NCBI GenBank assembly: GCA_963667975.1
Contig: OY764079.1
Location: 1,428,586-1,492,585 of the forward strand
DNA: 64,000 nt
From: Bacteroidales bacterium
GTDB lineage: Bacteria > Bacteroidota > Bacteroidia > Bacteroidales > G963667975
Direction: 5' to 3'
Part shown: positions 39,398-49,594 of the stretch, piece by piece
Position numbering within the stretch: position 1 is the stretch's first letter
Layout: each line of letters opens with the position of its first letter
Translations under genes and position numbers: made by a program
The notes under the pieces: generated by a model
Seen by the model: only the letters and a program-made list of their open reading frames with translations
Database searches by the model: none
Told to the model about the DNA's origin: nothing

Positions 39398-40438
39398 TTA
39401 TTTTAACCCATCCCAGCCTTGTGCCTGTAATGTGATGGCCGTTCCATTTTCAGGGATGAGATAACATCCTGCAGATACTTCGGTTATATGCCCAATAATC
39501 CGGATGTCATCCTTAAGTTTACCGATCTTTTCAAAATCTTTTTGATTGATAGTGAAAAGTAGTTCATAATCTTCACCTCCGTTTAAAGCTGCAACTGCAG
39601 GCTGAATACCGAATTCTTCTGCTAAGTTTGCGGTAGAAATATCAATTGGGATTTTCTCTTCATAAATATGGCAACCTGTGTTCGATTGTTTACAAATGTG
39701 AAGAATTTCAGATGCTAATCCATCTGAGATATCTATCATTGAGGTTGGAGTGATTCCATTTTCAGCTAAAAGTTTTGTAATATCAATTCTGGCTTCTGGT
39801 TTTAACTGACGTTCAAGCACATAATCATGCCCCTCTAAATCGGGTTGCATATTTGGATTGGCGTTAAATACTTCTTTTTCACGTTCGAGCAGGAGTAAAC
39901 CCATGTAGGCAGCGCCTAGATCTCCAGTTACGCATACTAGATCATTTACTTGTGCAGTATTCCTGCAAACTGGTTTTTCTGCACTTCCCAAAACTGTGAT
40001 TGAGATAAACATTCCACTTGAACTGGACGTAGTATCGCCTCCTATCAGATCAACATTGTATTTTTCACATGCCAAACGCAAACCAGCGTAAAACTCTTCA
40101 ATTGCTTCTAACGGAAAACGACTGGAAACAGCTAATCCTACCAATAATTGACGAGGTGTTCCGTTCATGGCGACGATATCTGAAAAATTTACCACTGCTG
40201 ATTTATATCCAAGATGCTTCAATGGCGTGTACATCAGGTTGAAATGGATATTTTCCACCAACAAATCTTTAGTGACCAGGATTTTTTCGCCACCATAATT
40301 CAGGATAGCAGCATCATCTCCAATTCCTTTTTCGGTAGAAGGCTGACGAAGTTCAATTCCAGATGTAAGATGATCAATCAGTCCGAATTCCCCAAGTTCT
40401 TTTAAATCAGTTTTATGTGGAAGAGAGTTCTCTAGCAT
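39398..40438 (-). CDS. thiL: thiamine-monophosphate kinase
   Basis: 346-aa ORF with AIR-synthase-related N and C domains, including GIGDDAAIL and GGDTTSS motifs. Confidence 0.9.
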   Translation of the reverse strand: MLENSLPHKTDLKELGEFGLIDHLTSGIELRQPSTEKGIGDDAAILNYGGEKILVTKDLLVENIHFNLMYTPLKHLGYKSAVVNFSDIVAMNGTPRQLLVGLAVSSRFPLEAIEEFYAGLRLACEKYNVDLIGGDTTSSSSGMFISITVLGSAEKPVCRNTAQVNDLVCVTGDLGAAYMGLLLLEREKEVFNANPNMQPDLEGHDYVLERQLKPEARIDITKLLAENGITPTSMIDISDGLASEILHICKQSNTGCHIYEEKIPIDISTANLAEEFGIQPAVAALNGGEDYELLFTINQKDFEKIGKLKDDIRIIGHITEVSAGCYLIPENGTAITLQAQGWDGLK

Positions 40439-40721
40439 ATTTTGAATATGTATTTATGTCTGCAAAGGTAAAAAAAGAATCCCAACAAAAATGTTCAACA
40501 TTAATTCATCTCTGTTAGAATGCGATGTCTTTGTGTTTATATATCCCGAAAATACCAAATTTCAACAGCTGATAAACGAATATTAACAGCTCAGCAATTT
40601 TTATAATCAACAAATAGACGAAGCACCTAACTTTACTTATTTACTGTCGATTATGCTATATGTATAATATGTCAGTAATAAAAAATTGTTAAATATTAAC
40701 CCGTGAGTACCATTCTATAAA

Positions 40722-40773
40722 TCAATATTGCGTACATTTGTTACTCAATATTGCATTGTTTACCTGCAATATC
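40722..40773. promoter_or_regulatory. candidate operator array: palindromic CAATATTG boxes
   Basis: TCAATATTGC occurs at 40722-40731 and 40745-40754, 23 bp apart, and its core is a perfect palindrome. An inverted half-site GCAATAT lies at 40766-40772. The array is in the 485-bp gap upstream of the wHTH regulator. Confidence 0.3.
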
Positions 40774-40923
40774 CCTTGTTAGAACACTCTTTGGATTGTG
40801 ACTGACGGGGCGAAGCTGTGAGAAAAACAATAGTTTTTCAACCTTTAAAAGTTTGTATATTTCTGATAATTATTGATTTGCATTTTGTTGTTGTTGATCG
40901 AATTTTAATACATCCCCCCTCAA

Positions 40924-41457
40924 GTGTTAGATACTCTCATTACCAGTAAAACCCGAATAAAACTGCTATTGAAATTTTTTTTAAATAGCCAGACAGAATC
41001 ATACTTACGTGGGTTGGAACAAGAGTTTGATGAGTCTTCCAACTCTATTCGTCAGGAATTGAATCGGTTTGAAAAAGCTGGCTTGCTGACATCCCGAACA
41101 GAAAGTAATCGGAAGCTGTTTCGGGCAAATGCAAAACATCCGCTTTTTCAGAATATTCAGGATCTTGTTCGGAAATATATAGGGATTGACCATATTGTTG
41201 AAAAAGTGATCGGAAAACTGGGCGACCCCGAAGAAGTTTATCTTATCGGTGATTTTGCTAAAGGAATTGATGGACCAATCATTGATTTGATTATCATTGG
41301 GAGCAATATCAATGTTGAAAATCTTGCCCGGCTCTGCCATAAAGCAGAAGAAATAATTAACCGTAAGATCCGTTACATGCTCTATACATCACTCGAATTT
41401 AAAAAACTTAAAATTACCTTGCTTAAGGAAGATGTACTGCTTATCTGGAAAAAATAG
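40924..41457 (+). CDS. winged-helix (ArsR-like) transcriptional regulator with a nucleotidyltransferase-like C-terminal domain
   Basis: 177-aa ORF with a GTG start. The N-terminal wHTH reads SKTRIKLLLKFFLNSQTESYLRGLEQEFDESSNSIRQELNRFEKAGLL. It heads the glycan locus. Confidence 0.7.
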   Translation: MLDTLITSKTRIKLLLKFFLNSQTESYLRGLEQEFDESSNSIRQELNRFEKAGLLTSRTESNRKLFRANAKHPLFQNIQDLVRKYIGIDHIVEKVIGKLGDPEEVYLIGDFAKGIDGPIIDLIIIGSNINVENLARLCHKAEEIINRKIRYMLYTSLEFKKLKITLLKEDVLLIWKK

Positions 41458-41559
41458 AGAAGCCCAAAATTAGAATACAATCGCTCCATTTTCATTTAAT
41501 TGTGTTACTTTGTTCCGTAACACCCGAAGATCCTCTTGTTTTACTAAAAAATAGAATCT

Positions 41560-42837
41560 ATGTCTCATAAAATTTGTATGATTGGCCTTGGTTACGTAGG
41601 TTTGCCTCTGGCCGTGGAATTCGCCAAACATTTTTCTGTAATAGGTTTTGATATTAAGCAGGACCGTATTGATGAACTTAACTTAGGTCATGACAACACT
41701 CTCGAAGTAGAGGACGATAATTTACAATCGGTACTGATGGTGGAAATGCCTAAAGATAAAGGCATGTACCTGACCAGTAAACTGGATGAAATTCGTGACT
41801 GTAATATTTATATTGTAACGGTTCCTACTCCAGTTGATAAAAATAACCATCCGGATTTGACTCCACTCATTAAGGCCAGTGAAACCATAGGAAAGGTAAT
41901 TAAGAAAAATGATATTGTAATCTATGAATCAACAGTTTATCCTGGTTGTACAGAGGAAGATTGCATCCCTGTGATTGAACAAACTGCGGGAATGAAATTG
42001 AATGTGGATTTTTATGCAGGCTATTCTCCTGAACGCATCAATCCTGGTGACAAAGAGCATACTGTAACCACCATCCATAAGGTTACTTCTGGTTCAACTC
42101 CTGAAATAGCTGAAGTAGTGGATCAGCTTTACAAAAAGGTGATTAAGGCAGGTACGCACAAGGCTCCAAGTATTCGTGTGGCAGAAACTGCCAAAGTAAT
42201 AGAAAACTCACAGCGAGACATCAATATCGCCTTTGTAAATGAACTTGCCCGTATCTGCGCACATATGAACCTTGATACTCGTTCTGTACTTGATGCTGCC
42301 AGTACTAAATGGAATTTTCTTAAGTTCTCTCCAGGTTTAGTAGGAGGTCACTGTATAGGAGTAGATCCTTACTACATTGCTCAAAAAGCACAAGAAGTGG
42401 GCTATCATCCTGAGATTATCCTTGCTGGACGTCGTATGAATGATGGAATGGGTGCTTGGGTTGCCGCTCAGATTGTAAAATTGATGATTAAGAAAAATTT
42501 ACCGGTAAATCATGCTCCAGTACTTGTTCTAGGAGTTACCTTTAAAGAAAACTGTCCGGATGTTCGTAACACCAAAGTGGTAGACGTTGTAAATGAATTA
42601 CGCCAGTTTGGGTGTAGAGTAGATATTTATGACCCTTGGGCAAACAAAGCAGATGTAAAGCATGAATATGGGGAAGAGCTAATTGAAAAATATAACATGG
42701 AAAATTATACAACCATTGTATTAGCGGTTTCTCATCGCGAGTTCTTAGAAGTAGACTTTTCAAAACGTAAGAAAGAATCTGTTCTTTATGATATAAAGGC
42801 ACTGTTACCAATAGAAATGGTGGATGGCAGATTATAA
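41560..42837 (+). CDS. UDP-N-acetyl-hexosamine 6-dehydrogenase (TviB/WbpO-like nucleotide-sugar dehydrogenase)
   Basis: 425-aa ORF that I judge TviB-like throughout, including IGLGYVGLPLAVEF, YESTVYPGCTEE, GYSPERINPGDK and GLVGGHCIGVDPYY. Confidence 0.85.
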   Translation: MSHKICMIGLGYVGLPLAVEFAKHFSVIGFDIKQDRIDELNLGHDNTLEVEDDNLQSVLMVEMPKDKGMYLTSKLDEIRDCNIYIVTVPTPVDKNNHPDLTPLIKASETIGKVIKKNDIVIYESTVYPGCTEEDCIPVIEQTAGMKLNVDFYAGYSPERINPGDKEHTVTTIHKVTSGSTPEIAEVVDQLYKKVIKAGTHKAPSIRVAETAKVIENSQRDINIAFVNELARICAHMNLDTRSVLDAASTKWNFLKFSPGLVGGHCIGVDPYYIAQKAQEVGYHPEIILAGRRMNDGMGAWVAAQIVKLMIKKNLPVNHAPVLVLGVTFKENCPDVRNTKVVDVVNELRQFGCRVDIYDPWANKADVKHEYGEELIEKYNMENYTTIVLAVSHREFLEVDFSKRKKESVLYDIKALLPIEMVDGRL

Positions 42838-42865
42838 AGATTAATCCCTAGAAATAGAGACGAAC

Positions 42866-44254
42866 ATGAAAGTCAAAACAATTACCTGTATTGGAGCTGG
42901 TTATGTTGGTGGCCCAACAATGGCTGTTATCGCATTAAAGAACCCTCATCTAAAAGTGAATATTGTTGATATCAACCAGGAAAGAATCGAAGCTTGGAAA
43001 ACAGATAATCTGCCGATTTACGAACCTGGATTATTAGAAGTTGTGAAACAGGTTAGAGATGTAAACCTGTTTTTTTCAACGGATATTAATAGAGCGATTA
43101 AAGAAGCTGAGTTGATTTTCTTAAGTGTAAATACTCCAACAAAAACTTACGGTATTGGAAGAGGTAAGGCTGCTGATTTAAAGTACATTGAGCTTTGTGC
43201 TCGTCAAATTGCAGAGCAAGCGAATGGAAATAAAATCATCGTCGAAAAATCAACCTTGCCTGTCAGAACAGCTGAATCAGTTAAGAGGATTCTTTCAAGT
43301 GTGGAAAGTGGATATAAATTTCAAGTATTATCAAATCCTGAATTTTTAGCAGAAGGTACCGCAATTGAAGATTTAATGGCTCCAGACAGAGTTCTTATAG
43401 GTGGTGATCAAAATAAAGATGGATCGGATGCAATCGAAACTTTAGTTCAAATTTATGCAAGTTGGGTGCCTCGAGAAAGAATTATCACAACAAATGTTTG
43501 GTCGTCAGAATTGAGTAAATTGACAGCTAATGCATTTCTCGCTCAACGAATAAGTAGTATTAATGCAATGTCTGCTTTATGTGAGGTTACAGGTGCGGAT
43601 GTGGAGGAAGTTGCCTATGCAATTGGGATGGATTCCCGGATTGGATCAAAATTTTTAAAAGCTTCTGTAGGTTTTGGAGGAAGCTGTTTCCAAAAGGATA
43701 TTCTGAATCTGGTTTATTTATGTGAACATTTTGGTTTGCCTGAAATTGCTTGTTATTGGGAACAGGTAATTTTAATGAATGATCATCAAAAACAAAGATT
43801 CGCACAAAAAATTATTGATACATTGTTTAATACTGTATCTGGTAAAAAAATCGCATTTTTAGGCTGGGCATTTAAGAAAGACACCAATGATACTCGTGAA
43901 TCTGCGGCAATTTATGTAGCGAATATTTTAATGAATGATCAGGCAAATATTTGTGTGTATGACCCACGTGTTCCGGCAGGAGTGATGTATGCAGATTTAG
44001 ATTATTTAGAAACTCGAAAGTCAGAAGAGAACAAGAAGTTACTTCATGTTGTTTCTAATGCCTATGATGCATGTAAAGATGCACATGCAATTGTAGTTCT
44101 TACGGAGTGGGATGAGTTTAAATCTCTTGATTGGGAACGCATCTATAAAGAGATGAAGAAGCCTGCTTTTTTATTTGATGGCAGGTTGATTTTAGATCAT
44201 GAATTTATGAAAAATATTGGATTTGAACTGTTTAGTATAGGAAAAGATAGATAA
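42866..44254 (+). CDS. UDP-glucose 6-dehydrogenase, long eukaryote-like type
   Basis: 462-aa ORF with [22 protein letters not shown] and the catalytic-Cys motif [18 protein letters not shown], which resembles animal and plant UGDH. Confidence 0.9.
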   Translation: MKVKTITCIGAGYVGGPTMAVIALKNPHLKVNIVDINQERIEAWKTDNLPIYEPGLLEVVKQVRDVNLFFSTDINRAIKEAELIFLSVNTPTKTYGIGRGKAADLKYIELCARQIAEQANGNKIIVEKSTLPVRTAESVKRILSSVESGYKFQVLSNPEFLAEGTAIEDLMAPDRVLIGGDQNKDGSDAIETLVQIYASWVPRERIITTNVWSSELSKLTANAFLAQRISSINAMSALCEVTGADVEEVAYAIGMDSRIGSKFLKASVGFGGSCFQKDILNLVYLCEHFGLPEIACYWEQVILMNDHQKQRFAQKIIDTLFNTVSGKKIAFLGWAFKKDTNDTRESAAIYVANILMNDQANICVYDPRVPAGVMYADLDYLETRKSEENKKLLHVVSNAYDACKDAHAIVVLTEWDEFKSLDWERIYKEMKKPAFLFDGRLILDHEFMKNIGFELFSIGKDR

Positions 44255-44278
44255 TTACGGTTAATTAATCTGAAACAT

Positions 44279-45208
44279 ATGAAAGCATTTATTTTCCCAG
44301 GTCAGGGATGCCAAAAAGAAGGAATGGGTAAAGATTTATATGAAAACTTCCCTAAAGCAAAGGAACTGTTTGAATATGCAAATGAATTACTTGGAAGAAG
44401 GATATCTGATGTTATGTTTTATGGGAGTGAGTTAGATTTAATGGAAACGAAAAATACCCAGCCATCAGTTTTTTTATATGAGGTAATTTTGGCACTGACA
44501 CAGAACGATTTGCGACCAGATGTTGTCGCTGGACACTCTTTAGGTGAATTTGCAGCATTGGTTGTTAACGGAACACTCAGTTTTGATGATGGCTTAAATT
44601 TGGTTCTTAACCGGGCTTTAATTGCACAAAAAGTTTGTGAAAAATATGACACTGCGATGGGTGCTGTAATTGGATTACCCGAAGACTATATTTCAAGAAG
44701 AATTCAGGAGATTTACAACGAAACAAATGAACCCGTTTATTTTGCAAATTACAATGGCCCTGGTCAAGTAGTTATTACAGGTTCTAGAAAAGGAATAAAA
44801 ATAGCATGTAAAGCATTTAAAGAGGAAGGTGCAAAAAAAGCAATCCCTCTTGCGATAGGTGGATCTTTCCATTCTCCATATATGGAAGAAGCCAGAATTG
44901 AACTCGGTGAAATAATTAAAAAAACGAAATTTAATAATCCTATTTGTCCAATTTACCAATGTGTTGATGCAAAGGCTCATACGAGTCCAGAGGAAATTAA
45001 AAATAACTTGATTGAGCATATTACACACCCCGTTTTATGGACAACGATGACGCAAAATATGGAAACGGATGGAGTTAATGAATATTATGAAGTGGGTACA
45101 GACGATACCCTACAAAAAATAGTGGCAAGAATGTGTCCAGATAAAAAAGTAGATACATTGCTATCAATTCCCCTATATAATGGTTTAATAAAAAATTATT
45201 CACTTTAA
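44279..45208 (+). CDS. fabD: malonyl-CoA:ACP transacylase family protein
   Basis: 309-aa ORF with FPGQGCQKEGMGKDLY and the active-site GHSLGEF. Confidence 0.9.
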   Translation: MKAFIFPGQGCQKEGMGKDLYENFPKAKELFEYANELLGRRISDVMFYGSELDLMETKNTQPSVFLYEVILALTQNDLRPDVVAGHSLGEFAALVVNGTLSFDDGLNLVLNRALIAQKVCEKYDTAMGAVIGLPEDYISRRIQEIYNETNEPVYFANYNGPGQVVITGSRKGIKIACKAFKEEGAKKAIPLAIGGSFHSPYMEEARIELGEIIKKTKFNNPICPIYQCVDAKAHTSPEEIKNNLIEHITHPVLWTTMTQNMETDGVNEYYEVGTDDTLQKIVARMCPDKKVDTLLSIPLYNGLIKNYSL

Positions 45209-45213
45209 AATTA

Positions 45214-45447
45214 ATGATTATGGAACTTAATGAATTTGTACAAGTATTTGCAGAACAGTTTGATGACACTCCTGTAGAAAGTTTTTCCCCATCTACAGTT
45301 TTTATGGAGTTAGAAGAATGGGGTTCGTTGGTTGCCCTTTCAATAATTTCTATGATCGACGATGAATTTGAAAAAAGAGTTACAGGTGCTGATTTGAGAA
45401 GTGTAAAAACGATCGAAGAATTGTATAACTTGATTCTTGCTAAGTAA
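45214..45447 (+). CDS. acyl carrier protein (stand-alone)
   Basis: 77-aa acidic ORF. The candidate phosphopantetheine Ser lies in EEWGSLVALSIISMIDDEF. It is immediately downstream of fabD. Confidence 0.75.
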   Translation: MIMELNEFVQVFAEQFDDTPVESFSPSTVFMELEEWGSLVALSIISMIDDEFEKRVTGADLRSVKTIEELYNLILAK

Positions 45448-45460
45448 TTTGAGCTTAAGG

Positions 45461-45577
45461 GGCTGTTTAAAAAGGCAGAAAATATAAAAAATAGACTTTT
45501 ATTTTGTAATTATTATTATTCTAATTGCAATACTGAATATTGTCGAAGGATATTAGATTTCTGATTTTTAAACAGCC
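45461..45577. repeat. 117-bp intergenic element bounded by 13-bp perfect inverted repeats
   Basis: GGCTGTTTAAAAA (45461-45473) pairs with TTTTTAAACAGCC (45565-45577). It lies in the only sizeable gap (160 bp) of the acyl cassette. Confidence 0.6.
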
Positions 45578-45607
45578 TGATTTTAAAAATATTTAAATCT
45601 CAAGTGT

Positions 45608-46672
45608 ATGTCATATGTAAGTGTAAAAAATGTAAAGATAAAAGGACTGTCTGCTTGTGTACCAGAGAGGGTTGAAGAAAATAGAGATTATGAGTTGATC
45701 CCTAAGGAAGAAATTGAAAAATATATTCAAACAACAGGCGTAGAAAGACGTCACTGTGCAATTCATGATGGCTCAATCTGTACGAGTGATTTATGTCAGA
45801 AAGCAGGTGAAAAACTTTTAGATGACCTTGGGTGGGATAAGTCAGAAATAGATTTATTAGTATTTGTTTCACAATCAGCTGACTATAAGTTGCCTGCTAC
45901 TGCATGCGTACTACAGGATAAGATGGGGCTTCCTACTTCTTGCATGGCGTTTGATATTTCATTTGGATGTTCTGGTTATTTGTATGGGCTTGGTGTAATA
46001 GGAAGCTTATTACAGGGAGGTACTTTTAAGAAAGCATTATTGATGGTGGGAAATACACAATCCGTATTTGCCAGTTATGAAGACAGAAGTATGTATCTGT
46101 TATTAGGCGATGCCGGAACAGTTACAGCGCTTGAGTATTCTCCAGAAGGTGGAGATATAATGGATTTCCATTATATGACAGATGGTTCAGGAAGAGCTTC
46201 TGTAATAGTACCGGATGGAGGAAGCAGGAATCCTGTAAATGAAAAATCATTTATAATGGAAGATTGTGGCGATGGAATTAGACGTACAAGATTGCATGAA
46301 AAAATGGATGGTTTAGAAGTTTTTTCATTTGCAATGGCGAATGTGCCAAAAAGTGTCTCTATGCTTAAAGAAAAGTTCCCTTTTAACGACGAAGAAATTG
46401 ATTACTTTCTGCTTCACCAGGCCAATAAATTTTTATGTGAAAAGTTGAGGAAGAAACTTAAGTTACCTGCAGAAAAGGTACCATATAATTTACATGAATT
46501 TGGAAACACAAGTGCAGCTACAATCCCGTTACTTATGGTTACCAATTTAAAAGAAGAGCTACAGGGAAAAGAGTTAGACTTGATGATGACTGTTATAGGT
46601 GTTGGCTTTTCTTTAGGCTCTGCAAGAGTAAGAATGGGGAAAATTATTTGTTCTGAATTACAAACTTTATAA
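45608..46672 (+). CDS. 3-oxoacyl-ACP synthase III family protein (KASIII-1)
   Basis: 354-aa ORF with a Cys-His-Asn triad context (FGCSGY, LLHQANKF, FGNTSAATIPL). Confidence 0.88.
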   Translation: MSYVSVKNVKIKGLSACVPERVEENRDYELIPKEEIEKYIQTTGVERRHCAIHDGSICTSDLCQKAGEKLLDDLGWDKSEIDLLVFVSQSADYKLPATACVLQDKMGLPTSCMAFDISFGCSGYLYGLGVIGSLLQGGTFKKALLMVGNTQSVFASYEDRSMYLLLGDAGTVTALEYSPEGGDIMDFHYMTDGSGRASVIVPDGGSRNPVNEKSFIMEDCGDGIRRTRLHEKMDGLEVFSFAMANVPKSVSMLKEKFPFNDEEIDYFLLHQANKFLCEKLRKKLKLPAEKVPYNLHEFGNTSAATIPLLMVTNLKEELQGKELDLMMTVIGVGFSLGSARVRMGKIICSELQTL

Positions 46673-46684
46673 TATGTAGTTGTT

Positions 46685-47434
46685 ATGCATAATCCATTTT
46701 CATTAGAAGGCAAAGCGATTTTTATTACAGGAGCTTCTTCTGGTTTAGGAGTAAGTATTGCTCAGGAATGTGCAAATATGGGGTCTCAAATAATTATAAC
46801 AGGGAGAAACCCTGATCGGTTAAATGAAACTTATTTAAGTTTAAGCGGTTCTGGACATAGCCAAATAGTTGGAGATCTTACTCATCAGGATGATATTGAC
46901 TTAATTGTTGATAAACTACCTTGCCTTGATGGATTAGTGCTGAATGCAGGTGTTTTAAAAACCTTACCTGTGAAAAATATTTCTAACGCTGCATTAGAAG
47001 AGGTTTTTAATACAAATATTATTTCATCAATATTGTTGGTTCAGAAATTGCTGAAAAAGAAGAAGATAAATAAGAATGCATCAATTGTTTTTATCTCTTC
47101 GATATCATCTTTCCATGTGAAAATTGGGAATTCTTTGTATTCTGCTACAAAAGGTGCTATTAATTCATTTATGAAAGTACTGGCGCTTGAGTTGGCCTCA
47201 CAGAAAATTACAGTTAATAGTATTCAACCTGGGTTTATTAAAACCAGAGCATTAGATAGCGGAATAATAACAGAAGAACAATTAGAAAGTCATTTTAAAA
47301 TTTATCCACTTGGTATAGGAAAACCATCAGACATTGCATATGCGTGTATTTATCTTTTGTCAGATGCAGCTAGCTGGGTTACCGGTAGCGTTTTTACAAT
47401 TGATGGAGGCGTTACTATAAATGGTGGACATTAA
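46685..47434 (+). CDS. short-chain dehydrogenase/reductase, FabG-like (SDR-1)
   Basis: 249-aa ORF with TGASSGLG, NAG and YSATKGA motifs. Confidence 0.88.
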   Translation: MHNPFSLEGKAIFITGASSGLGVSIAQECANMGSQIIITGRNPDRLNETYLSLSGSGHSQIVGDLTHQDDIDLIVDKLPCLDGLVLNAGVLKTLPVKNISNAALEEVFNTNIISSILLVQKLLKKKKINKNASIVFISSISSFHVKIGNSLYSATKGAINSFMKVLALELASQKITVNSIQPGFIKTRALDSGIITEEQLESHFKIYPLGIGKPSDIAYACIYLLSDAASWVTGSVFTIDGGVTINGGH

Positions 47435-47443
47435 AAAAAAGAT

Positions 47444-48076
47444 ATGAAGAATTTAATTATTATTGGTGCGGGCAATTTTGCAAAAATTCTTTACGAATAT
47501 GCATTGGTAAGCCCCGATTGTAATGTAAAATGGAAAGTAAAAGGATTTATTGATCCAGACATTCATTCATTAGATAATGATCCGGAATTACCACAGGTAC
47601 TCTCTTCAGTTGAAGACTATGACGTATGTGAAGATGATTTATTTATATGTTCATATGTTAATCCTAATGATAGAGAGAAAAGTATCAATATTATCAAATC
47701 CAGAGGTGGAAAGTTTGTGAACCTGATACATCCTACTGCAAATATCAACAGAAGGTCAGTTTTAGGAGAAGGTATTTTTATAGGTGCTTTTACCACATTA
47801 TCTGTAAATACAGTGATAAATGATCATGTGATTATTCAGGATCATTGCAATATTGGTCATGATTCATCTATTGGTAGCTTTTCCCATTTATATGTTAGAT
47901 CTACAGTCTGTGGGAAAAATAATATTGGTAATAAAGTAGCTCTATATACATGCTCTGTAATTTATCCATTAATTAAAGTGTGTGATAGTTCAATAGTAGG
48001 CGCAGGAAGTGTTGTTATGAGAACAGTTAAGGAAGGGACAACAGTTATTGGAAATCCTGCCAAAAAAATGGAATAA
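47444..48076 (+). CDS. NeuD/PglD-family hexapeptide-repeat sugar acyltransferase
   Basis: 210-aa ORF with an N-terminal Rossmann-like LIIIGAGNFAKILYEY followed by a left-handed beta-helix repeat region. Confidence 0.85.
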   Translation: MKNLIIIGAGNFAKILYEYALVSPDCNVKWKVKGFIDPDIHSLDNDPELPQVLSSVEDYDVCEDDLFICSYVNPNDREKSINIIKSRGGKFVNLIHPTANINRRSVLGEGIFIGAFTTLSVNTVINDHVIIQDHCNIGHDSSIGSFSHLYVRSTVCGKNNIGNKVALYTCSVIYPLIKVCDSSIVGAGSVVMRTVKEGTTVIGNPAKKME

Positions 48077-48093
48077 TTAAAAAAGACATAAAA

Positions 48094-48498
48094 ATGCTGA
48101 AAATTGGAGATTCTACGGAAGAGAAAATAAAGTTTACAAAGCAGGAAGTAGTCGATTTTGTGAATCTAATTGGAGATCCGAATCCTGTGCATTTAGATGA
48201 AGAATATGCAAAAAACTCTTACTTTAAAAGATTGGCTGTTCAGGGAATGCATGCAGGATCAAGCTTTTCCAGAGTAATTGGTGCTTATTTTCCAGGAGAA
48301 GGCAGTATTAATATGTATAGAGAGTTTACGTTTATAAGGCCTGTTTTTATTGATGAAGAATACACTATGGCTTTTAAAATTATAGATGTAAATAAAGAAA
48401 CGAATGTTGGTACAATAAGATGTAAATTGATAAATCCACAAGGGAAAATTTGTATTGATTGTACTACGAAAATTAAAAATACAATACAATTTATTTAA
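48094..48498 (+). CDS. MaoC-like (R)-specific enoyl hydratase/dehydratase (hotdog fold)
   Basis: 134-aa ORF with the hydratase motif GDPNPVHLDEEYA. Confidence 0.85.
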   Translation: MLKIGDSTEEKIKFTKQEVVDFVNLIGDPNPVHLDEEYAKNSYFKRLAVQGMHAGSSFSRVIGAYFPGEGSINMYREFTFIRPVFIDEEYTMAFKIIDVNKETNVGTIRCKLINPQGKICIDCTTKIKNTIQFI

Positions 48499-48512
48499 TA
48501 AAATAACACCAT

Positions 48513-49571
48513 ATGGCATTTCTTGAAATTAAAAATGTTGCCTTAAGAGGTGTAGCTGCATGTGTGCCGGCTAAAACCGTTGAAACAAAGGATCTTTCAG
48601 TATTCAAAAAAGATGAAGCGGAAAGATTTACAAAAACTACAGGTATTGAGCGACGCAGAATTGTTGATAATGGTGTTTGCACGTCTGATCTTTGTTTAGC
48701 TGCTGCTGAAAAATTAATTCAGGAGCTACATTGGGATAAATCAGAAATAGATGCATTAATATTTGTTTCAAATACACCTGATTACAGATCCCCGGCAACA
48801 TCTTGTATTCTTCAAAATAGAATGGAATTACCGACTTCATGCCTGACATTCGATATTTCTACAGTATGTGCAGGTTTTCTACAAGGAATTGTAGTGGTGT
48901 CCAGTATATTGTCTTCTGGTACAATAAAAAAAGCATTGCTTCTAGTAGGAGATACAAATTCTCTTACATCCTCTCCAGAAGATAAGTCACGTTACCCGTT
49001 ACTTGGAGATGCCGGAACAGCTTCGGCTTGGGAATATGACGAAACAGCAGATAAAATTTATAGTAATCTATTATCGGATGGTTCATGCTATAAATTTGTA
49101 GGTAGCCCATATAGTGGTTTTCGAAATCAACCCACTCCGGAATCTTTTGTTGTTCAAGATGCGGGAGAAGGAATTAGGAGAGCTCCTATTCACGGAGTTA
49201 TGGATGGAATGGAGGTCTTTTCTTTTGCTATATCAGAATGTCCTAAGGCATTAAAATCTTTGTGCGAACATTACAATATTGATATGCACTCAGGTGTCGA
49301 TTATTATTTGTTCCATCAGGCAAATATGAAGATAAATTCAACTATAATGAAGAAGTTAAAACTTCAAGAAAGTAAAATCCCATCTAATATTAAAGATTTT
49401 GGCAATACAAGCTGTGCAGCAATTCCTCTTTTGATGGTCACTAACATCAAAGAAGAACTTAAAACGCTGGAATTATCTCATATGTTATCTGCTATTGGTT
49501 CAGGATTTGTTTGGGGAAGTATTTATCTTAAAACGAAAAATATAGTTTGTCCGGATCTTTTAGAATTATAG
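48513..49571 (+). CDS. 3-oxoacyl-ACP synthase III family protein (KASIII-2)
   Basis: 352-aa paralog of the ORF at 45608. Triad contexts are STVCAGF, YLFHQANMK and FGNTSCAAIPL. Confidence 0.88.
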   Translation: MAFLEIKNVALRGVAACVPAKTVETKDLSVFKKDEAERFTKTTGIERRRIVDNGVCTSDLCLAAAEKLIQELHWDKSEIDALIFVSNTPDYRSPATSCILQNRMELPTSCLTFDISTVCAGFLQGIVVVSSILSSGTIKKALLLVGDTNSLTSSPEDKSRYPLLGDAGTASAWEYDETADKIYSNLLSDGSCYKFVGSPYSGFRNQPTPESFVVQDAGEGIRRAPIHGVMDGMEVFSFAISECPKALKSLCEHYNIDMHSGVDYYLFHQANMKINSTIMKKLKLQESKIPSNIKDFGNTSCAAIPLLMVTNIKEELKTLELSHMLSAIGSGFVWGSIYLKTKNIVCPDLLEL

Positions 49572-49594
49572 TGGTTGAAATAAATAAATAAATC

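Noticed and set aside
40795-40900. Weak resemblance to a TPP riboswitch core (GGGGCG...CTGTGAGA...AACCTTT) near thiL
   Set aside because: It is on the wrong strand for thiL, and the downstream conserved ACCTGATCTGGATAATGCCAGCG-type segment is absent.
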